Source: Candidatus Anderseniibacteriota bacterium
GTDB taxonomy: Bacteria; Patescibacteriota; Andersenbacteria; UBA10190
Assembly: GCA_021414205.1 (NCBI GenBank)
Contig: JAIOOW010000002.1
Location: forward strand, 340,171-404,170
DNA: 64,000 bases
Direction of reading: 5' to 3'
A program made the translations under genes and the position numbers. Within the stretch, counting starts at the first letter, position 1; every line of letters starts with the position of its first letter. Positions 30,161-41,005 of this stretch are shown one piece after another. Under the pieces are notes generated by a model, which was not told where the DNA came from, ran no database searches, and saw nothing but the letters and a program-made list of their open reading frames with translations.

Positions 30161-30343
30161 ATGGAGTTCACAGACCAACAACTTAGTCAATTTCAGCAGC
30201 TCTATTTCAAACATTTCCATGAAAAAATTACTAAAGAAAAAGCTGCTGCAAAAGGAGAACGTCTTATCCAGCTAGTCAAAACCGTCTACGAGTCCAAAGC
30301 AGCTAGACACAAACAGCAGGAACGCCAACAAATACCTACTTAA
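30161..30343 (+). CDS. Small hypothetical protein
   Basis: 60-aa ORF directly following the DUF5659 gene. Confidence 0.25.
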   Translation: MEFTDQQLSQFQQLYFKHFHEKITKEKAAAKGERLIQLVKTVYESKAARHKQQERQQIPT

Positions 30344-30359
30344 AAAAAATTAAAAAACT

Positions 30360-30626
30360 ATGAATAATCCATTCAAATACATCAATCAAAAAGGCATCGA
30401 GAGCTATAGAAGCCCGATCGTCTACTTTATTACAGAAGAAATGGTCCAAGATTTTGCCGAGGCAAACTATGACCGTAGGCTGACAGAAGAAGAAGTTGCC
30501 GAACTTTTTTACGGCTTCTGTGAAAATGACCAAAAACTATATTCGTTTATGGATGCGGCCGTTGAGTATGCCATTGAAGTGACCAAGGGGAACAAGGGAG
30601 AAAATCATGAAAAGATAACTCAATAA
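30360..30626 (+). CDS. Small acidic hypothetical protein
   Basis: 88-aa ORF immediately upstream of the primase gene. Confidence 0.3.
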   Translation: MNNPFKYINQKGIESYRSPIVYFITEEMVQDFAEANYDRRLTEEEVAELFYGFCENDQKLYSFMDAAVEYAIEVTKGNKGENHEKITQ

Positions 30627-30633
30627 AAATCCT

Positions 30634-32790
30634 ATGAAAAAACAAGAAATTACTATTAAAGAATACTTAGCCCAGAAAGGGGTTGAGTTTCAGGAACGTG
30701 GCGGCGAGCTTATCACTGCCTGCTTATTCAACGGCTGCGACGATGACAGTAGAACCAATGAACGGCATCTATACTTTAATGCTGAGGATGGGGTCTACCA
30801 ATGCAAAAAGTGTGACGAACGAGGCAATATCATAAGCCTGCGAAAGTACTTTGGAGATGAGCAGGAAAAGCCATCCACTACAAAACCAAAGTCACAACAT
30901 GGTCCCCGATTTACTGACATCCTTGTAAGCCAATCTCACGAAGCAATGCCAGATAACATACGCCAATACCTTAACAAGCGAGGTATCCCTGATACGGTTA
31001 TAGCAGATAGTAAACTGGGCTATGGCAATTTTTACGGCAAAAACTGGATTACGATTCCCATTAAAGACGAGACAGGTGAATACGCATATTTCAAATTACG
31101 ACAGGACCCTAATGAAGGAAATGAAAAGATAACATACCCTAAAGGTGAGGCTCAAATTTATGAGTGGGATACTCTTAAGCGTACTGACGCTCCTTTGATT
31201 ATTTGTGAGGGTGAATTGGACCGCCTACTGCTAGTTGGCAAAGGTGTGAACGCTATCACTTCTACTCACGGAGCAGGCACGTTTAAGCAAGAGTGGGTAC
31301 CCCAGCTTACGGCTTTTCAGAAAATCTATGTCTGTTTTGACCAAGACGAACCAGGGCAAAAAGGAGCCGAGCGAGTCGCTAAGATGTTAGACAATGCTGG
31401 AATTACTGAAGTTTATTTTGTGACCTTACCAGACGAAGTTGGTGAGGGAGGAGATGTAACAGACTATTTCACTAAGTTCGGCGGCACTGTTGATGACCTG
31501 CTCGGCAAATACGCTAAGCGGTATCCCGAACGAATTGACTCTACCCAATTTCAACCAATGACCACCGCTGACTTAAATGCAGTATTGGGATTGACCATCA
31601 AAAAAGACGAGGTAAATAAGGCAGTGACATTTCAGTGTATGCTATCCGCCTTTACCGAAAACAACCAGTTCAACATCAGCTTTAATGCTCCCAGCTCCAC
31701 AGGCAAAAGCTACATCCCCTTGGAAGTATCCACGCTCTTTCCCGCAGACGATTTAATGAAACTAGGCAATGCCAGTCCGACTGCTTTCTTTCACGAACGA
31801 GGTGATTATGACAAAGAAAAGAATACGATTACGGTGGACCTATCCCGAAAAATCATTGTCTTTCTTGATATGCCCAACAATGCCTTATTGGAACGCCTAC
31901 GGTCCCTTTTGTCACACGACGAAAAGATGATTGAGAGCAAAATCACTGACAAGAATCAGAAGGGCGGCAACCGTACTAAGACAGTGATTATTAAGGGTTT
32001 CCCTGCGGTAGTATTCTGTTCGGCAGGCTTAAAAATTGATGAGCAAGAAGGAACCCGCTTTATACTCCTTTCCCCAGAGATAAGCCAAGACAAATTGCGT
32101 GAGGGTATAAACCAGCGACTGCGAAAGGAATCTAACGAACAAGAGTTTCGGGAGTGGCTAGGGAGCGATCCAACTCGCCAATTGCTAAAGTTGCGCATAC
32201 AAGCTATCAAACAAGAAAAAATCGCCGAGATTATTGTGCCAGACGATGAGAAAGAAACTATCCGTCAGTATTTCTTAGAGGGTAAGGACGTTTTGAAACC
32301 ACGTCACCAAAGAGACATTGGCAGGTTGATTGGACTAACCAAAACCTTTGCCCTTCTTAATTGTTGGTTTCGTCAGAGAAAGGGAAGAACCATATACGCC
32401 ACAATGGATGATGTGCAAGAGGCTACACGCCTATGGGATAAGATTGCAGAGAGCCAAGAGCATAATCTTCCTCCTTATGTCTATGACCTATACAAAGACG
32501 TGATATTGCCCGCCTGGAAGGAAAAGAATGAGGATAAAGTAATGCCAGATGAATGGGTAGGTGTGAGCCAGCAGGAGATTATGCGTAAGCACTATACGGC
32601 TTATGGTACGCATCTTGCCGAATGGCAACTGCGGCAACAAATCCTGCCGATGATAGAAACAGCGGGACTGATTATCCGAGAGAAAGATGACAAGGACAGG
32701 CGGCATATTCTTGTCTGCCCCACCCTCAAACTCAATATCAATGAAAGCGAGGAATATAGTGAGCCACCCCGTGGGGTAACAGATAAATAG
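30634..32790 (+). CDS. Mobile-element replication protein: zinc-ribbon + TOPRIM primase fused to C-terminal P-loop NTPase domain
   Basis: N-terminal CxxC...CxxC (ITACLFNGCDDD...YQCKKCDERG), TOPRIM core (LIICEGELDRL...VCFDQDEPGQKGAE), then Walker A-like NAPSSTGKSY and hhhhD (KIIVFLDM). Confidence 0.65.
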   Translation: MKKQEITIKEYLAQKGVEFQERGGELITACLFNGCDDDSRTNERHLYFNAEDGVYQCKKCDERGNIISLRKYFGDEQEKPSTTKPKSQHGPRFTDILVSQSHEAMPDNIRQYLNKRGIPDTVIADSKLGYGNFYGKNWITIPIKDETGEYAYFKLRQDPNEGNEKITYPKGEAQIYEWDTLKRTDAPLIICEGELDRLLLVGKGVNAITSTHGAGTFKQEWVPQLTAFQKIYVCFDQDEPGQKGAERVAKMLDNAGITEVYFVTLPDEVGEGGDVTDYFTKFGGTVDDLLGKYAKRYPERIDSTQFQPMTTADLNAVLGLTIKKDEVNKAVTFQCMLSAFTENNQFNISFNAPSSTGKSYIPLEVSTLFPADDLMKLGNASPTAFFHERGDYDKEKNTITVDLSRKIIVFLDMPNNALLERLRSLLSHDEKMIESKITDKNQKGGNRTKTVIIKGFPAVVFCSAGLKIDEQEGTRFILLSPEISQDKLREGINQRLRKESNEQEFREWLGSDPTRQLLKLRIQAIKQEKIAEIIVPDDEKETIRQYFLEGKDVLKPRHQRDIGRLIGLTKTFALLNCWFRQRKGRTIYATMDDVQEATRLWDKIAESQEHNLPPYVYDLYKDVILPAWKEKNEDKVMPDEWVGVSQQEIMRKHYTAYGTHLAEWQLRQQILPMIETAGLIIREKDDKDRRHILVCPTLKLNINESEEYSEPPRGVTDK

Positions 32791-32842
32791 GGAAAATTAG
32801 CGCAAATTAGTACATAATCCTTAATAATTTCGGCAAAATTCT

Positions 32843-33529
32843 ATGAGCAACACATCACCAAAACAAATAACGGCTAACCAACAAAACGCCCAGAAAAGTA
32901 CTGGACCAAAAACTCCTGAAGGGAAAGCTGTTTCCAAGAACAACGCCCTTAAGCACGGACTACTGACACGAGACATGGTATTACCAACAGAAGATGCGGA
33001 AGTGCTAACGGAGCTAACTACGGAGGTATGGAAGGAATTACAGCCTGTTGGTCAACTAGAGCAATTTTTAGTTGAGCGCATTGTCGCAAATATGTGGCGT
33101 ATTAAAAGGTTGCACCGTATTGAGACAGGGTTATTTACCACTGAAAGCGTGGACCAGCTTGCGGGACGTATTCGTGGTCAGGCACGAGAATTTGAACATA
33201 AAGAGTCTCTGTTTCCGAATTTGGAAATGGAGACAACAACCATTACTGACGAGAAAAAACACGCCGAGATAATCGCTAAAGCCGAAGCACTGGAAAAGAC
33301 GTGGGATTCAGACATTACCAGTATAAGTAGTGCCTTTCGGAGCGATGCCGTAGACAATGACGTACTGGCAAAAATAATCCGTTACGAAGTTTCTCTGGAG
33401 CGTAGCTTCACTAAGGCTTTACATGAACTGCAACGCTTACAAGCCAAGCGAAATGACGATACGACACCCCCTCCTGTCGCCGTTGATATTGATATTTCAG
33501 GTGATAAACCAAATGGGTTCGTTTCGTAA
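32843..33529 (+). CDS. Hypothetical protein
   Basis: 228 aa, helical; no family recognised. Confidence 0.35.
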   Translation: MSNTSPKQITANQQNAQKSTGPKTPEGKAVSKNNALKHGLLTRDMVLPTEDAEVLTELTTEVWKELQPVGQLEQFLVERIVANMWRIKRLHRIETGLFTTESVDQLAGRIRGQAREFEHKESLFPNLEMETTTITDEKKHAEIIAKAEALEKTWDSDITSISSAFRSDAVDNDVLAKIIRYEVSLERSFTKALHELQRLQAKRNDDTTPPPVAVDIDISGDKPNGFVS

Positions 33530-33670
33530 AATATATCGTAGAAAACCGATATTTTCCGATATATCAGGTATAAACGGTCAATATAGGCAAAAGAGGTCAG
33601 TTTATGAAGCATTTTCCGTGCAAATCAACGCACAATCTTTAATAATTTCGGCGGAATAATTACCAACACT

Positions 33671-34267
33671 ATGGCACGAGCAAAAGCGGAAACATCTAAC
33701 TCACTCAAAATATCTTGGCTTAAAAAACAAGGATATTTTCCAAAAGGAGAATCTTGGCGTAGCGGTAATGTTACGTGGACTCTTGGTATGAGCGAGAATA
33801 AAAGTAGCATCGGCATTGATATTACGGCGGGCATGACCGAGGAAGAAAACTATATCCGACTGCACTACACTTATACGGACTACTGGACCAAAGAGAAGTC
33901 AGATATGAACTATAAGATTCAACTGGAAACCACACCCTGTCATTTTGGTGGCGTGCGTTATTGGTTTATCTGTCCTCTATCCAAGAATGGCCAATATTGC
34001 GGACGACGAGTGGGAGTTATTTACAACATCGGCAAATGGTTTGGCTGCCGTCATTGCGGAGATATTGCCTATCAAGCCCAGTTTGAGGGTGGCAACTTCC
34101 GTATGGGTTCAGTTACCGAACCAGATGTTGAAAAAGCATTCAGTGAAGCAAAAACTCACTACTATAACGGCAAGCCGACAAGAAAATATAAACGCTACCT
34201 AAGACTACGGCAAAAGATGAATAATTCATGGATTCGAGCGGCTTCAAGGTTTGGCAATATCTTCTAA
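33671..34267 (+). CDS. Hypothetical protein with C-terminal Cys-rich zinc-ribbon-like motif
   Basis: CHFGGVRYWFICP...CGRRV...CRHCGD. Confidence 0.35.
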   Translation: MARAKAETSNSLKISWLKKQGYFPKGESWRSGNVTWTLGMSENKSSIGIDITAGMTEEENYIRLHYTYTDYWTKEKSDMNYKIQLETTPCHFGGVRYWFICPLSKNGQYCGRRVGVIYNIGKWFGCRHCGDIAYQAQFEGGNFRMGSVTEPDVEKAFSEAKTHYYNGKPTRKYKRYLRLRQKMNNSWIRAASRFGNIF

Positions 34268-34285
34268 TAATGGCATTATGAACAC

Positions 34286-34392
34286 GTTGACCCAGTTGAA
34301 GATTAAACCCGTGAGATTTTTTTATAGGCTTGTGGGCTGCAAAGGGCGGTCTGCCAGAAGCCTATCCTCACGGAAAAAGCAACTGGGTCAAC
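34286..34392. repeat. 107-bp imperfect palindrome (nested inverted repeats) upstream of the recombinase gene
   Basis: Outer arms gttgacccagttg / caactgggtcaac (13 bp, perfect). Inner pairs ccgtgag/ctcacgg and ataggctt/aagcctat. Confidence 0.4.
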
Positions 34393-34422
34393 CAGACCGT
34401 CCTTTTATGTTGATAAATTACT

Positions 34423-36150
34423 ATGATTGACCCAAAAATTGTTCAAAAAAGCTATATCTGCACTTACGCTCGTAAGTCCGAAGAGGACAAGTATAAGCAG
34501 GTCCAGTCTATTCCCGACCAGCTCAAAATCAATCAACAGATTGCAGATTTTCACGAAATAAAAATTCCTGCCAAGCATGTGTACATGGAAGAAATGTCCG
34601 CGGGTGAACCTGGCAGACCAGTATTCAACCAGCTCATAGAAACAATACAAAAGAACACTCATACAATTCTCGTCTGCTGGCACTTTAATCGTCTAACACG
34701 TAACCCAATAGACGAAGGAGTACTCAAATGGTTATTACAGAAAGGCAAGCTAACCATCATTACCCCCAATCAAGTCTTTGATCAAAATACCAACGTCATT
34801 ATCACATCAGTTGAAGGAGCGCAGGGCAATCAATTTCTTATTGAATTAAGCCGCAACGTAATACGTGGCTTAAATTCTAAGCGAGCAAAAGGTGTTCCCA
34901 GTGGCGTAGCACCTGCTGGATACCGTAACGGTGGGACCGAGAAAGGCAATAAATGGTTTGAGCCAGATGATGGAGACCCGAATCGCTTTCTGCTAGTTCA
35001 AGATGCACTCAAGCTAGTCATAAACGGAATAGAACCAATGGACGCTTTCCGCAGATTAAATGACGATTGGAAATTCCTGACAATTAAAAGAAAGAGACAC
35101 GGTGGGACTCCTATCTCAAAATCTGTATGGTACGAGATGCTAAGAAACCCTATCTACTGCGGACAATTTATTGCACTTGATGAGTGGCATGAAGTTAAGG
35201 ACCCTCATTTCAAGCCAATGATTACGGAAGAAGAATATTGGGAGCTGCAATCAAAACTAGGAGTTAAGGGACGGACAAGACCAAAGCTACAAGATGAAGA
35301 GCAAGCTGCCTTTTTACAAGCTCTAACCTGTGGCGAGTGTGGCAATAAAATGAGTCGGGATCGTAAACGACAGATACGCTGTCTCTGTAAGCATAAATAC
35401 AGTGCCTTGCATCGTGATACTTGCCCCATGTGTGGTCTTCATGAATCAAAGGTCCCGTCTGATCGCAAACATACCTATGACTTCTATTTCTGTCCTACGG
35501 GCAAGAAAAAGCAGTGTTCTCAACCAACTATCCCTACAGAGGCAGTAGAAAGCCAAATTGCCACTGTCCTTGATAGCGTTAGCATCCCCCAAGAATTTAT
35601 TGACTGGGCTATGGCTTACCTGGAAACGAAAAACGATGAGGTAATTGTTAGCCGAGAGGCTAGACTGCAATCTTTGCAGAAGGCTTATAAAGAAAGTGAG
35701 GAAGAATTGAATCGCATGAACCGTTTATACATAAAGGGCGGTTTTGAGCACGAAGGTGGCGATGAGGAGTATCAAAAAATGAAACGGGAGCAACTCTCTA
35801 AAAAGAAAGCACTGCAAAAACAGTTGAGCGAATTTGATACCTCTGGTGATAATTGGAGAGAGCGAACGGAGGGAGGGTACGATTTCTGTAAAGAGGCACT
35901 GACTGAATTTACACTCGGAAGCTACCGAACCAAGCGTGGCGTCCTACTTCATATCTACCAAAAAGCCACTGTGCAGGCAGATAAGGTCCGAATAGACATA
36001 GAGCTACCATTCCAATTCATGAAAAATAAGATGCATAACCTTAAGACCAAGTTTGGACTTACCGAACCAGGCAAAATTGAAGAATTGTTGAGAGATACGG
36101 GCAAACAAGAGGATATTGATGCCGTAAAAAAGTTTTGGCTCCCCGGGTAG
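34423..36150 (+). CDS. Large serine recombinase (resolvase/invertase N-domain + recombinase domain + zinc ribbon)
   Basis: Catalytic-Ser motif YARKSEEDK, then FNRLTRN (DRLxR equivalent); CGECGNKMSR zinc ribbon; coiled-coil C-terminus. Stop codon overlaps the tRNA-Asn 3' end. Confidence 0.75.
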   Translation: MIDPKIVQKSYICTYARKSEEDKYKQVQSIPDQLKINQQIADFHEIKIPAKHVYMEEMSAGEPGRPVFNQLIETIQKNTHTILVCWHFNRLTRNPIDEGVLKWLLQKGKLTIITPNQVFDQNTNVIITSVEGAQGNQFLIELSRNVIRGLNSKRAKGVPSGVAPAGYRNGGTEKGNKWFEPDDGDPNRFLLVQDALKLVINGIEPMDAFRRLNDDWKFLTIKRKRHGGTPISKSVWYEMLRNPIYCGQFIALDEWHEVKDPHFKPMITEEEYWELQSKLGVKGRTRPKLQDEEQAAFLQALTCGECGNKMSRDRKRQIRCLCKHKYSALHRDTCPMCGLHESKVPSDRKHTYDFYFCPTGKKKQCSQPTIPTEAVESQIATVLDSVSIPQEFIDWAMAYLETKNDEVIVSREARLQSLQKAYKESEEELNRMNRLYIKGGFEHEGGDEEYQKMKREQLSKKKALQKQLSEFDTSGDNWRERTEGGYDFCKEALTEFTLGSYRTKRGVLLHIYQKATVQADKVRIDIELPFQFMKNKMHNLKTKFGLTEPGKIEELLRDTGKQEDIDAVKKFWLPG

Positions 36151-36210
36151 GATTCGAACCTACGACCATCGCCTTAACAGGGCGTTGCTCTGCCGCTGAG
36201 CTACCAGGGA
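36136..36210 (-). tRNA. tRNA-Asn (anticodon GTT), CCA encoded
   Basis: Folded by hand. Acceptor TCCCTGG/CCGGGGA (one G-U), D-arm GCTC/GAGC, anticodon loop CTGTTAA with U33 and A37, T-arm GTAGG-TTCGAAT-CCTAC, discriminator G, then CCA. Confidence 0.8.
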
Positions 36211-36293
36211 ATATCGCGGATTTCTCCACGTATTCATATAGTACGGAAAATGCTCTCTTTTGCAACCTTTAGCCCCATGATAAGGTATAGAAC

Positions 36294-37892
36294 ATGGAAC
36301 CCACCAAACGACCCCGCCCGCTTGTCATGATGCTACTCGACGGATACGGCATCAGCTTTATCAAGGAAGGAAATGCCATTATGGCTGCCAAAAAGCCGAA
36401 TATCGACCGATTAATGAAAGAATATCCCATGGCGGTTATTGGTGCTGGAGGAGAGGAAGTAGGCTTGCCGTGGGGAGAAGTTGGAAATTCTGAAACAGGG
36501 CATCAGAATATCGGATCCGGCAGGGTTATGTATCAATTCTTACCCCGCATTGACCAAGCAATTACAGATAAAACATTTTTTACAAATCCGGAATTAGTAG
36601 CCGCAATTGAGCACGTGAAGAATAATCCGAATGCTGCGCTGCATACCATGGGAATGCTTTCTAATGGTGGCGTACACAGCCACATCAATCATCAATTTGC
36701 ACTACTGCAAGCAGCCGCAGATGCGGGCATTGGGGATCGAACATATATCCATATTTTCTTAGACGGACGAGATTCTTCCCCGGATGATGCTGACGGATTT
36801 ATCGGGCAGCTAGAAGAAGTGATCAAAAAAACAGGAGCAGGCAGAATTGAAACAATTATCGGGCGATACTACGCAATGGATCGTGCCGGAAACTGGGATA
36901 GGACGCAGGTAGCATACGATTTGCTCGTGCATGCAAAAGGTCAGCACTTCCCTACGTGGAAAGAAGCAATGGGATTTGCATTTAGCAGCAAGGACCAGCG
37001 CAACCTGGAAAACGCTCCGGCACTGGTGGTAGACGGTGACTCTCCCGTACGAACCATTCAAGATGGCGACTCAATTATTTTCTACAACTATCGATCAGAC
37101 CGAGCGCGCCAAATTACCAAAGCGCTTGCCGACCCGACATTTAAAAAATTCCCTGTCGAACCTTGGAAAGACGTATATATTGCAACAATGGCTTCATACG
37201 AGGAAGCAGTGAAAACGCATGTCATGTTTAAAGACGAGGAAATAAAATTGCCGCTCGGAGAAATTTTTTCAAACAACGGACTCAAGCAGCTTAGAATTGC
37301 AGAGAGCGAAAAGTTTGCCCACGTCACCTATTTCTTCAACGGAGGACGAGAAAAACCGTACCCCGGAGAAAACGATATTCAAATTCCATCGATTGCCACA
37401 AAAGACGTGAGCTTGCAGCCAGAAATGCGCGCACGAGAAATTACGACTCAGGTTATTCAAGAAATACAGAATGATCAATACGACATTATTGTGATGAACT
37501 ACGCGAACCCAGACATGGTCGGCCATACGGGGAACTTTGATCCGACCGTAAAAGCAATAGAAATTATCGACGAAGAAGTGGGCAAAGTCGTAGATGCAAC
37601 ACTCGCACATGGTGGGGCAGTGCTTCTCACGTGCGATCACGGGAATGCGGAAATCGTCATCAACCACTTAACGCACGAGCGCTCAACGGACCACACCAAT
37701 AATCCGGTGCCGATTATTTACATTGCGCCAGATAACAAGCTTAAGTCCCCAAAAGACGACGCAATCGTGCAGCAAATACTAGCAACGCCGATTGGATTTT
37801 TGGCAGACGTTGCGCCTACTGCTTTGGAAATTTTAGGGCTAGAAAAGCCAGACGAAATGACGGCCCAGAGCTTGCTTTCCAGCCTTTCCTAA
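36294..37892 (+). CDS. gpmI: 2,3-bisphosphoglycerate-independent phosphoglycerate mutase
   Basis: [10 protein letters not shown]...[14 protein letters not shown] and full-length iPGM architecture (532 aa). Confidence 0.85.
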   Translation: MEPTKRPRPLVMMLLDGYGISFIKEGNAIMAAKKPNIDRLMKEYPMAVIGAGGEEVGLPWGEVGNSETGHQNIGSGRVMYQFLPRIDQAITDKTFFTNPELVAAIEHVKNNPNAALHTMGMLSNGGVHSHINHQFALLQAAADAGIGDRTYIHIFLDGRDSSPDDADGFIGQLEEVIKKTGAGRIETIIGRYYAMDRAGNWDRTQVAYDLLVHAKGQHFPTWKEAMGFAFSSKDQRNLENAPALVVDGDSPVRTIQDGDSIIFYNYRSDRARQITKALADPTFKKFPVEPWKDVYIATMASYEEAVKTHVMFKDEEIKLPLGEIFSNNGLKQLRIAESEKFAHVTYFFNGGREKPYPGENDIQIPSIATKDVSLQPEMRAREITTQVIQEIQNDQYDIIVMNYANPDMVGHTGNFDPTVKAIEIIDEEVGKVVDATLAHGGAVLLTCDHGNAEIVINHLTHERSTDHTNNPVPIIYIAPDNKLKSPKDDAIVQQILATPIGFLADVAPTALEILGLEKPDEMTAQSLLSSLS

Positions 37893-39199
37893 TAATCTCT
37901 CAGTTTTTTAACCTTGTGATGGTCTCGGATTTTTTCGAGCGCCTTGGCTTCAATCTGACGAATACGTTCTCGCGTTACATCGAATTCTTTTCCAACCTCT
38001 TCCAATGTATGAGTCACTCCGTCCATCAGCCCGAATCGCATTTCAAGAATCTTTTGTTCTCGCGGAGTTAAGTCGCCAAGAATTTCCGCTACGTGGCCTT
38101 CCAACAAATCTCGCCCAGCTGCTTGCTGAGGCGTAATTGTTACTTCGTCTTCGATAAAGTCTTTGAGCGTTGAATCTTCCTCATCATCTCCAACAGAGGC
38201 ATCGATAGAAACTGTTTCCTGAGAAATCTTCATAATATGGCGAACCTTCTCAACCGGTAAGTCCATTTCAGCTGCAATTTCTTCCGGTAATGGGTCGCGA
38301 CCTAAGTCTTGTAAAAGCCTTCGCTGAATCTGAGTGAACTTATTAATAGTTTCAACCATATGTACTGGAATACGGATTGTTCGAGACTGGTCTGCAAGTG
38401 CGCGCGTAATTGCCTGGCGAATCCACCATGTTCCGTACGTAGAGAATTTATATCCTTTTCTGTAATCAAACTTTTCAACGGCTCGGAACAACCCCAAGTT
38501 TCCTTCTTGAATTAAATCAAGGAGTGAAAGATTTTTTCTTCCCGTATATTTTTTCGCAATAGAAACAACTAATCGCAAGTTTGCTTCTGCAAGTCGCTTG
38601 CGCGCTTCTTGATCGCCCTGCTCGATTCGTTTTGCAAGCTCAACCTCTTCATCGGCAGAAAGCAATGCCGCCTTACCGATTTCTCTTAGATACATCTGCA
38701 CGGAATCATCCGAGATATTACTGATATCGATAATGGAGTCAGTAGATACAGGCGCCTTTTCTTTCTTTACTTCTTTGCTTGCAAGAGCAGCAGGCAGTTC
38801 GTATCCGATTAAATTATCCTGGGGCTCTTCAATACGGATTCCTCGATTTTCCAATTCATCAAATAATTGCTCTAGAGCCTCAATGTGCTCCTCTACTTCT
38901 GGAATAGAATACAAGATTTCCTCTTCCGTAACGAAACCCGTCTGCACACCTTTTTGCAATAACGCCTTGACCTTATCTGAAGCAATGACAGCTTCGATAT
39001 CTTCTGTTGAAACTTTGCGCACTAGGCGCTTTACTGTTTTCTTTGTTACTTTCTTTTTCGGAGCAGCTTTTTTATGAACAGCAGTTTTCTTTTTAGCATG
39101 AGTATGAGCAGCAGAAGACTTCCGTTGAGATGCGGATTTTTTTGCTTTGCCGCGAACTTGTCGCGGAGCTGCTTTTTTTGTCGCTTTCGCCTTCGCCAT
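37889..39199 (-). CDS. rpoD: RNA polymerase sigma-70 factor with Lys-rich N-terminal extension
   Basis: Regions 1.2 to 4 ([63 protein letters not shown]; C-terminal region 4). Start at MAKAKAT. Confidence 0.85.
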   Translation of the reverse strand: MAKAKATKKAAPRQVRGKAKKSASQRKSSAAHTHAKKKTAVHKKAAPKKKVTKKTVKRLVRKVSTEDIEAVIASDKVKALLQKGVQTGFVTEEEILYSIPEVEEHIEALEQLFDELENRGIRIEEPQDNLIGYELPAALASKEVKKEKAPVSTDSIIDISNISDDSVQMYLREIGKAALLSADEEVELAKRIEQGDQEARKRLAEANLRLVVSIAKKYTGRKNLSLLDLIQEGNLGLFRAVEKFDYRKGYKFSTYGTWWIRQAITRALADQSRTIRIPVHMVETINKFTQIQRRLLQDLGRDPLPEEIAAEMDLPVEKVRHIMKISQETVSIDASVGDDEEDSTLKDFIEDEVTITPQQAAGRDLLEGHVAEILGDLTPREQKILEMRFGLMDGVTHTLEEVGKEFDVTRERIRQIEAKALEKIRDHHKVKKLRDY

Positions 39200-39234
39200 G
39201 AAAAAATGATTACTCGTACAATAATAACACAAAA

Positions 39235-40974
39235 TTACTCCATCGCCGCAAGTTCAGACGCTACGCCCTGAAATTGCTGGAGTGCATCTTCTGATACATC
39301 TTCTTGAAGTGACAATAAACGTTCTCTCAAAAATCTTTTTTGCAAAGACCGCATCAAGAAACGCGCTTCTTCATTCAGTGAAATATTTGATGTTGAAATA
39401 AGTTCTTGCGCCCGAGATTCTACTCCAATCAAGAACGAATGATACTCTTCCCCCATCATTGCAATAAGTTCACTGCTTGCGCGTTCATGAAAAGCTTGGT
39501 CTGCGTCATGAGATCGCTGTAACTCCTTATATACTGTTTTACAGATTGGGTCAAGAAAGTACTCCTCTTTGATTCCGGCCATCAATTCTCCTCGTACGCC
39601 AGGAGCGCACAACAAGATACCGATAACCCCTTGCTCCAACCGAGTATCGTGGTTACTAACCTGGATATCAGGCTGTATTTGCCCTACCGGAGCAGCCATA
39701 ACTGGAGCTACAACTTCCTGCTGAGATACTAAATCGGCAATTTTAAGCTCTGGGACTTTCAATAATTGCGCCACTTGCTCAATCATGGCGCCTTGCTCTA
39801 TAGGGTTTTGCACCAAGCGCAATAATGGCACCAGGGCTGATAACGCTTGCTCGCGCTGCTCTGAACTACCGGCACCCAAGCGTTCCACCAACACTTCCAT
39901 AAGGGGTCGTGTTTGGGTAAACAGTTTCGCCACTTCTTCCGGATTATCTTTTGCAACATCCGCAGGATCAACTCCGTCTGGGAACGTAATCGTCGACACG
40001 TGCATACCGCCGGCCAATGCTGCCTGTGTCGCAGAAATAGTCGCCTTCCATCCGGCAGCGTCGCCATCGAACGCAGCAATCATCGTATTTGTAAAACGTT
40101 TCATGAGCGCAACATGGTCTTCTGTCATTGCGGTTCCGGATGTTGCCACCACGTTTTCAATGCCGGATTGCACCATCATAACTACGTCCATATATCCCTC
40201 CACCACAATGCATGGCATTTTGCGCAACACTTTTTTAGCGCGCGACAAGTTGTACATCACTCTGCGTTTTTCATACAATGCCGTTTCCGGAGAATTTACA
40301 TACTTCCCTTCATTTCCTGTTTCATGCCACGGTACAATTCTTCCTCCGAATGCGACGGTGCGGCCCTGCATGTCATCGATCGGGAACATGATGCGTCCGC
40401 GGAATCGGTCAAATGGTTTATTTCCATCCCGCTGCCCAACGAGCCCGGCTTCTATCATTTCTTGTATGGTATATCCTTTTTTTATCAGCCATGCCTGCGC
40501 AACACCCCACGCATGAGGAGCGTAGCCGATAGAAAATAATTTCATCGTATCTTCTGTGACCCCTCTATCTATCAAATACTGCTTTGCCTTGCTCCCCGCT
40601 TTTTGATTCATTAAAATTTCGTGATAGAACATGCGCGAAGCATCAAGCACATCAAATAATCGCTGACGATGATTTTCAACATTAGGCTTGTAGTCCGGAA
40701 GCTGTACGCCCGCCCGATCTGCCAATAATTTCAACGCCCCCACAAAGTCTACTCCTTCTATCTTTTCTACAAACGTGAACACATCTCCGCCTTCTCCACA
40801 TCCAAAACAATGCCAGCTTCCGCGGGCGGGAGTCACGATAAACGACGGACTTTTCTCTGTATGAAATGGGCACAAACCCTTAAAACTGTTCCCAGCGCGC
40901 TTCAACTTCACATGCTCGCCAATAATATCGGCTATATTAAGCCGTTCTTTAATTTGTTCGGTTTCCGCGCTCAT
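39235..40974 (-). CDS. dnaG: DNA primase
   Basis: Zinc-binding [11 protein letters not shown]...[16 protein letters not shown] (VVEGYMDVV), DnaG C-terminal region. Lies upstream of rpoD in the same orientation. Confidence 0.85.
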   Translation of the reverse strand: MSAETEQIKERLNIADIIGEHVKLKRAGNSFKGLCPFHTEKSPSFIVTPARGSWHCFGCGEGGDVFTFVEKIEGVDFVGALKLLADRAGVQLPDYKPNVENHRQRLFDVLDASRMFYHEILMNQKAGSKAKQYLIDRGVTEDTMKLFSIGYAPHAWGVAQAWLIKKGYTIQEMIEAGLVGQRDGNKPFDRFRGRIMFPIDDMQGRTVAFGGRIVPWHETGNEGKYVNSPETALYEKRRVMYNLSRAKKVLRKMPCIVVEGYMDVVMMVQSGIENVVATSGTAMTEDHVALMKRFTNTMIAAFDGDAAGWKATISATQAALAGGMHVSTITFPDGVDPADVAKDNPEEVAKLFTQTRPLMEVLVERLGAGSSEQREQALSALVPLLRLVQNPIEQGAMIEQVAQLLKVPELKIADLVSQQEVVAPVMAAPVGQIQPDIQVSNHDTRLEQGVIGILLCAPGVRGELMAGIKEEYFLDPICKTVYKELQRSHDADQAFHERASSELIAMMGEEYHSFLIGVESRAQELISTSNISLNEEARFLMRSLQKRFLRERLLSLQEDVSEDALQQFQGVASELAAME

Positions 40975-41005
40975 GCATTAAGAATCACGTAGATTGCCTT
41001 CTTAT

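Larger units (their letters stand above)
29820..36210. mobile_element. Putative integrated mobile element abutting tRNA-Asn
   Basis: Gene content: DUF5659, primase/P-loop fusion, large serine recombinase. The right end is at the tRNA 3' end. The left boundary is not defined and may extend to about 23.5 kb. Confidence 0.35.

Noticed and set aside
36136-36150. Alternative reading that the recombinase/tRNA overlap means the tRNA call is wrong
   Set aside because: The tRNA folds into a complete canonical cloverleaf with U33, A37 and an intact T-loop. A 15-nt overlap of an integrase 3' end with a tRNA 3' end is common at integration sites.
39785-40539. Long plus-strand ORFs (243 and 208 aa) inside dnaG
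   Set aside because: They are antisense to a well-supported DnaG ORF, with Cys/Arg/His-rich low-complexity translations typical of antisense artifacts.
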